Source: Syntrophomonadaceae bacterium (GTDB lineage Bacteria > Bacteroidota > Ignavibacteria > Ignavibacteriales > SURF-24). From it: DNA of 64,000 nt. Made by a program: the position numbers and the translations under genes. Below, piece after piece: positions 63,923 through 64,000 of the stretch. Every line of letters begins with the position of its first letter. Position 1 is the first letter of the stretch. Location of the stretch: positions 23,374-87,373 of the forward strand of contig JBLNAZ010000082.1 in NCBI GenBank assembly GCA_050259615.1, given 5' to 3'. Under the pieces are notes generated by a model. It worked only from the letters and a program-made list of their open reading frames with translations. It made no database searches and was not told the origin of the DNA.

Positions 63923-64000
63923 TTAATCATTTGCGCTGAAACTCAGGACTGTTCCAATCTGGTGCGTAAGGCCGAGGTCCTGGTGAGTGAATACTGCATA
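63923..64000 (-). CDS. possible 3-prime end of an upstream minus-strand gene (25 codons + TAA), product unknown
   Basis: The minus-strand frame is open from the window edge, reading YAVFTHQDLGLTHQIGTVLSFSAND, with a stop at 63925..63923. It is too short to assign. Confidence 0.3.
   Translation of the reverse strand, partial: YAVFTHQDLGLTHQIGTVLSFSAND

Overview
This is a densely coding 64-kb chromosomal segment with about 47 protein genes and one tRNA-Thr. I recognised no rRNA, CRISPR array, transposase, integrase or phage genes. By inference the source is an FCB-superphylum bacterium, most likely Ignavibacteria-like. The basis is a T9SS C-terminal sorting domain with the NYPNPFNPST signature, many lipoproteins and many multihaem cytochromes. 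Modules in order: (1) 1-9.9 kb, miscellaneous: the 3-prime part of an S9 peptidase, a TPR protein, an HU-like protein translationally coupled to a zinc-ribbon/TPR membrane protein, an untracked 31-codon highly basic ORF, tRNA-Thr(CGU), a PAS-adenylate cyclase, a T9SS-secreted glycosidase-like protein and an orphan J-domain protein. (2) 10.0-32.5 kb: a 16-gene purine/urate catabolism supercluster. It reproduces the E. coli ygeW-ygfM / clostridial selenium-dependent molybdenum hydroxylase gene set (ssnA, ygfK, ygeY, ygeW, mocA, an xdhC-type gene, a cyclic amidohydrolase, two different xanthine-dehydrogenase-family enzymes and a deaminase). (3) 32.9-34.5 kb: two MBL-fold genes, one of them a secreted subclass-B1-type metallo-beta-lactamase. 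(4) 34.7-42.1 kb, the most interesting locus: one operon encoding an Rrf2 regulator, an 18-haem c-type/b-type fusion (CbcL-like quinol oxidase), a periplasmic tetrahaem cytochrome, an outer-membrane beta-barrel, a 14-haem cytochrome and a lipoprotein cytochrome. Together these form a complete candidate conduit for extracellular electron transfer from the inner membrane to the cell surface. (5) 42.4-50.9 kb, housekeeping: yigZ-like, uvrA, acs, a dGTPase-like gene and a PQQ-like propeller. (6) 50.9-59.0 kb: an unusual six-gene tricarboxylate operon (IDH-family, degenerate HD, fused aconitase-family, PrpD-family, CitD-CitE fusion, CitF). (7) 59.3-63.9 kb: three tandem paralogous lipoproteins of unknown family with co-duplicated terminators, convergent with a ComEA-like HhH/beta-barrel outer membrane protein. 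All functional calls come from reading motifs and recalling protein families; no searches were run.
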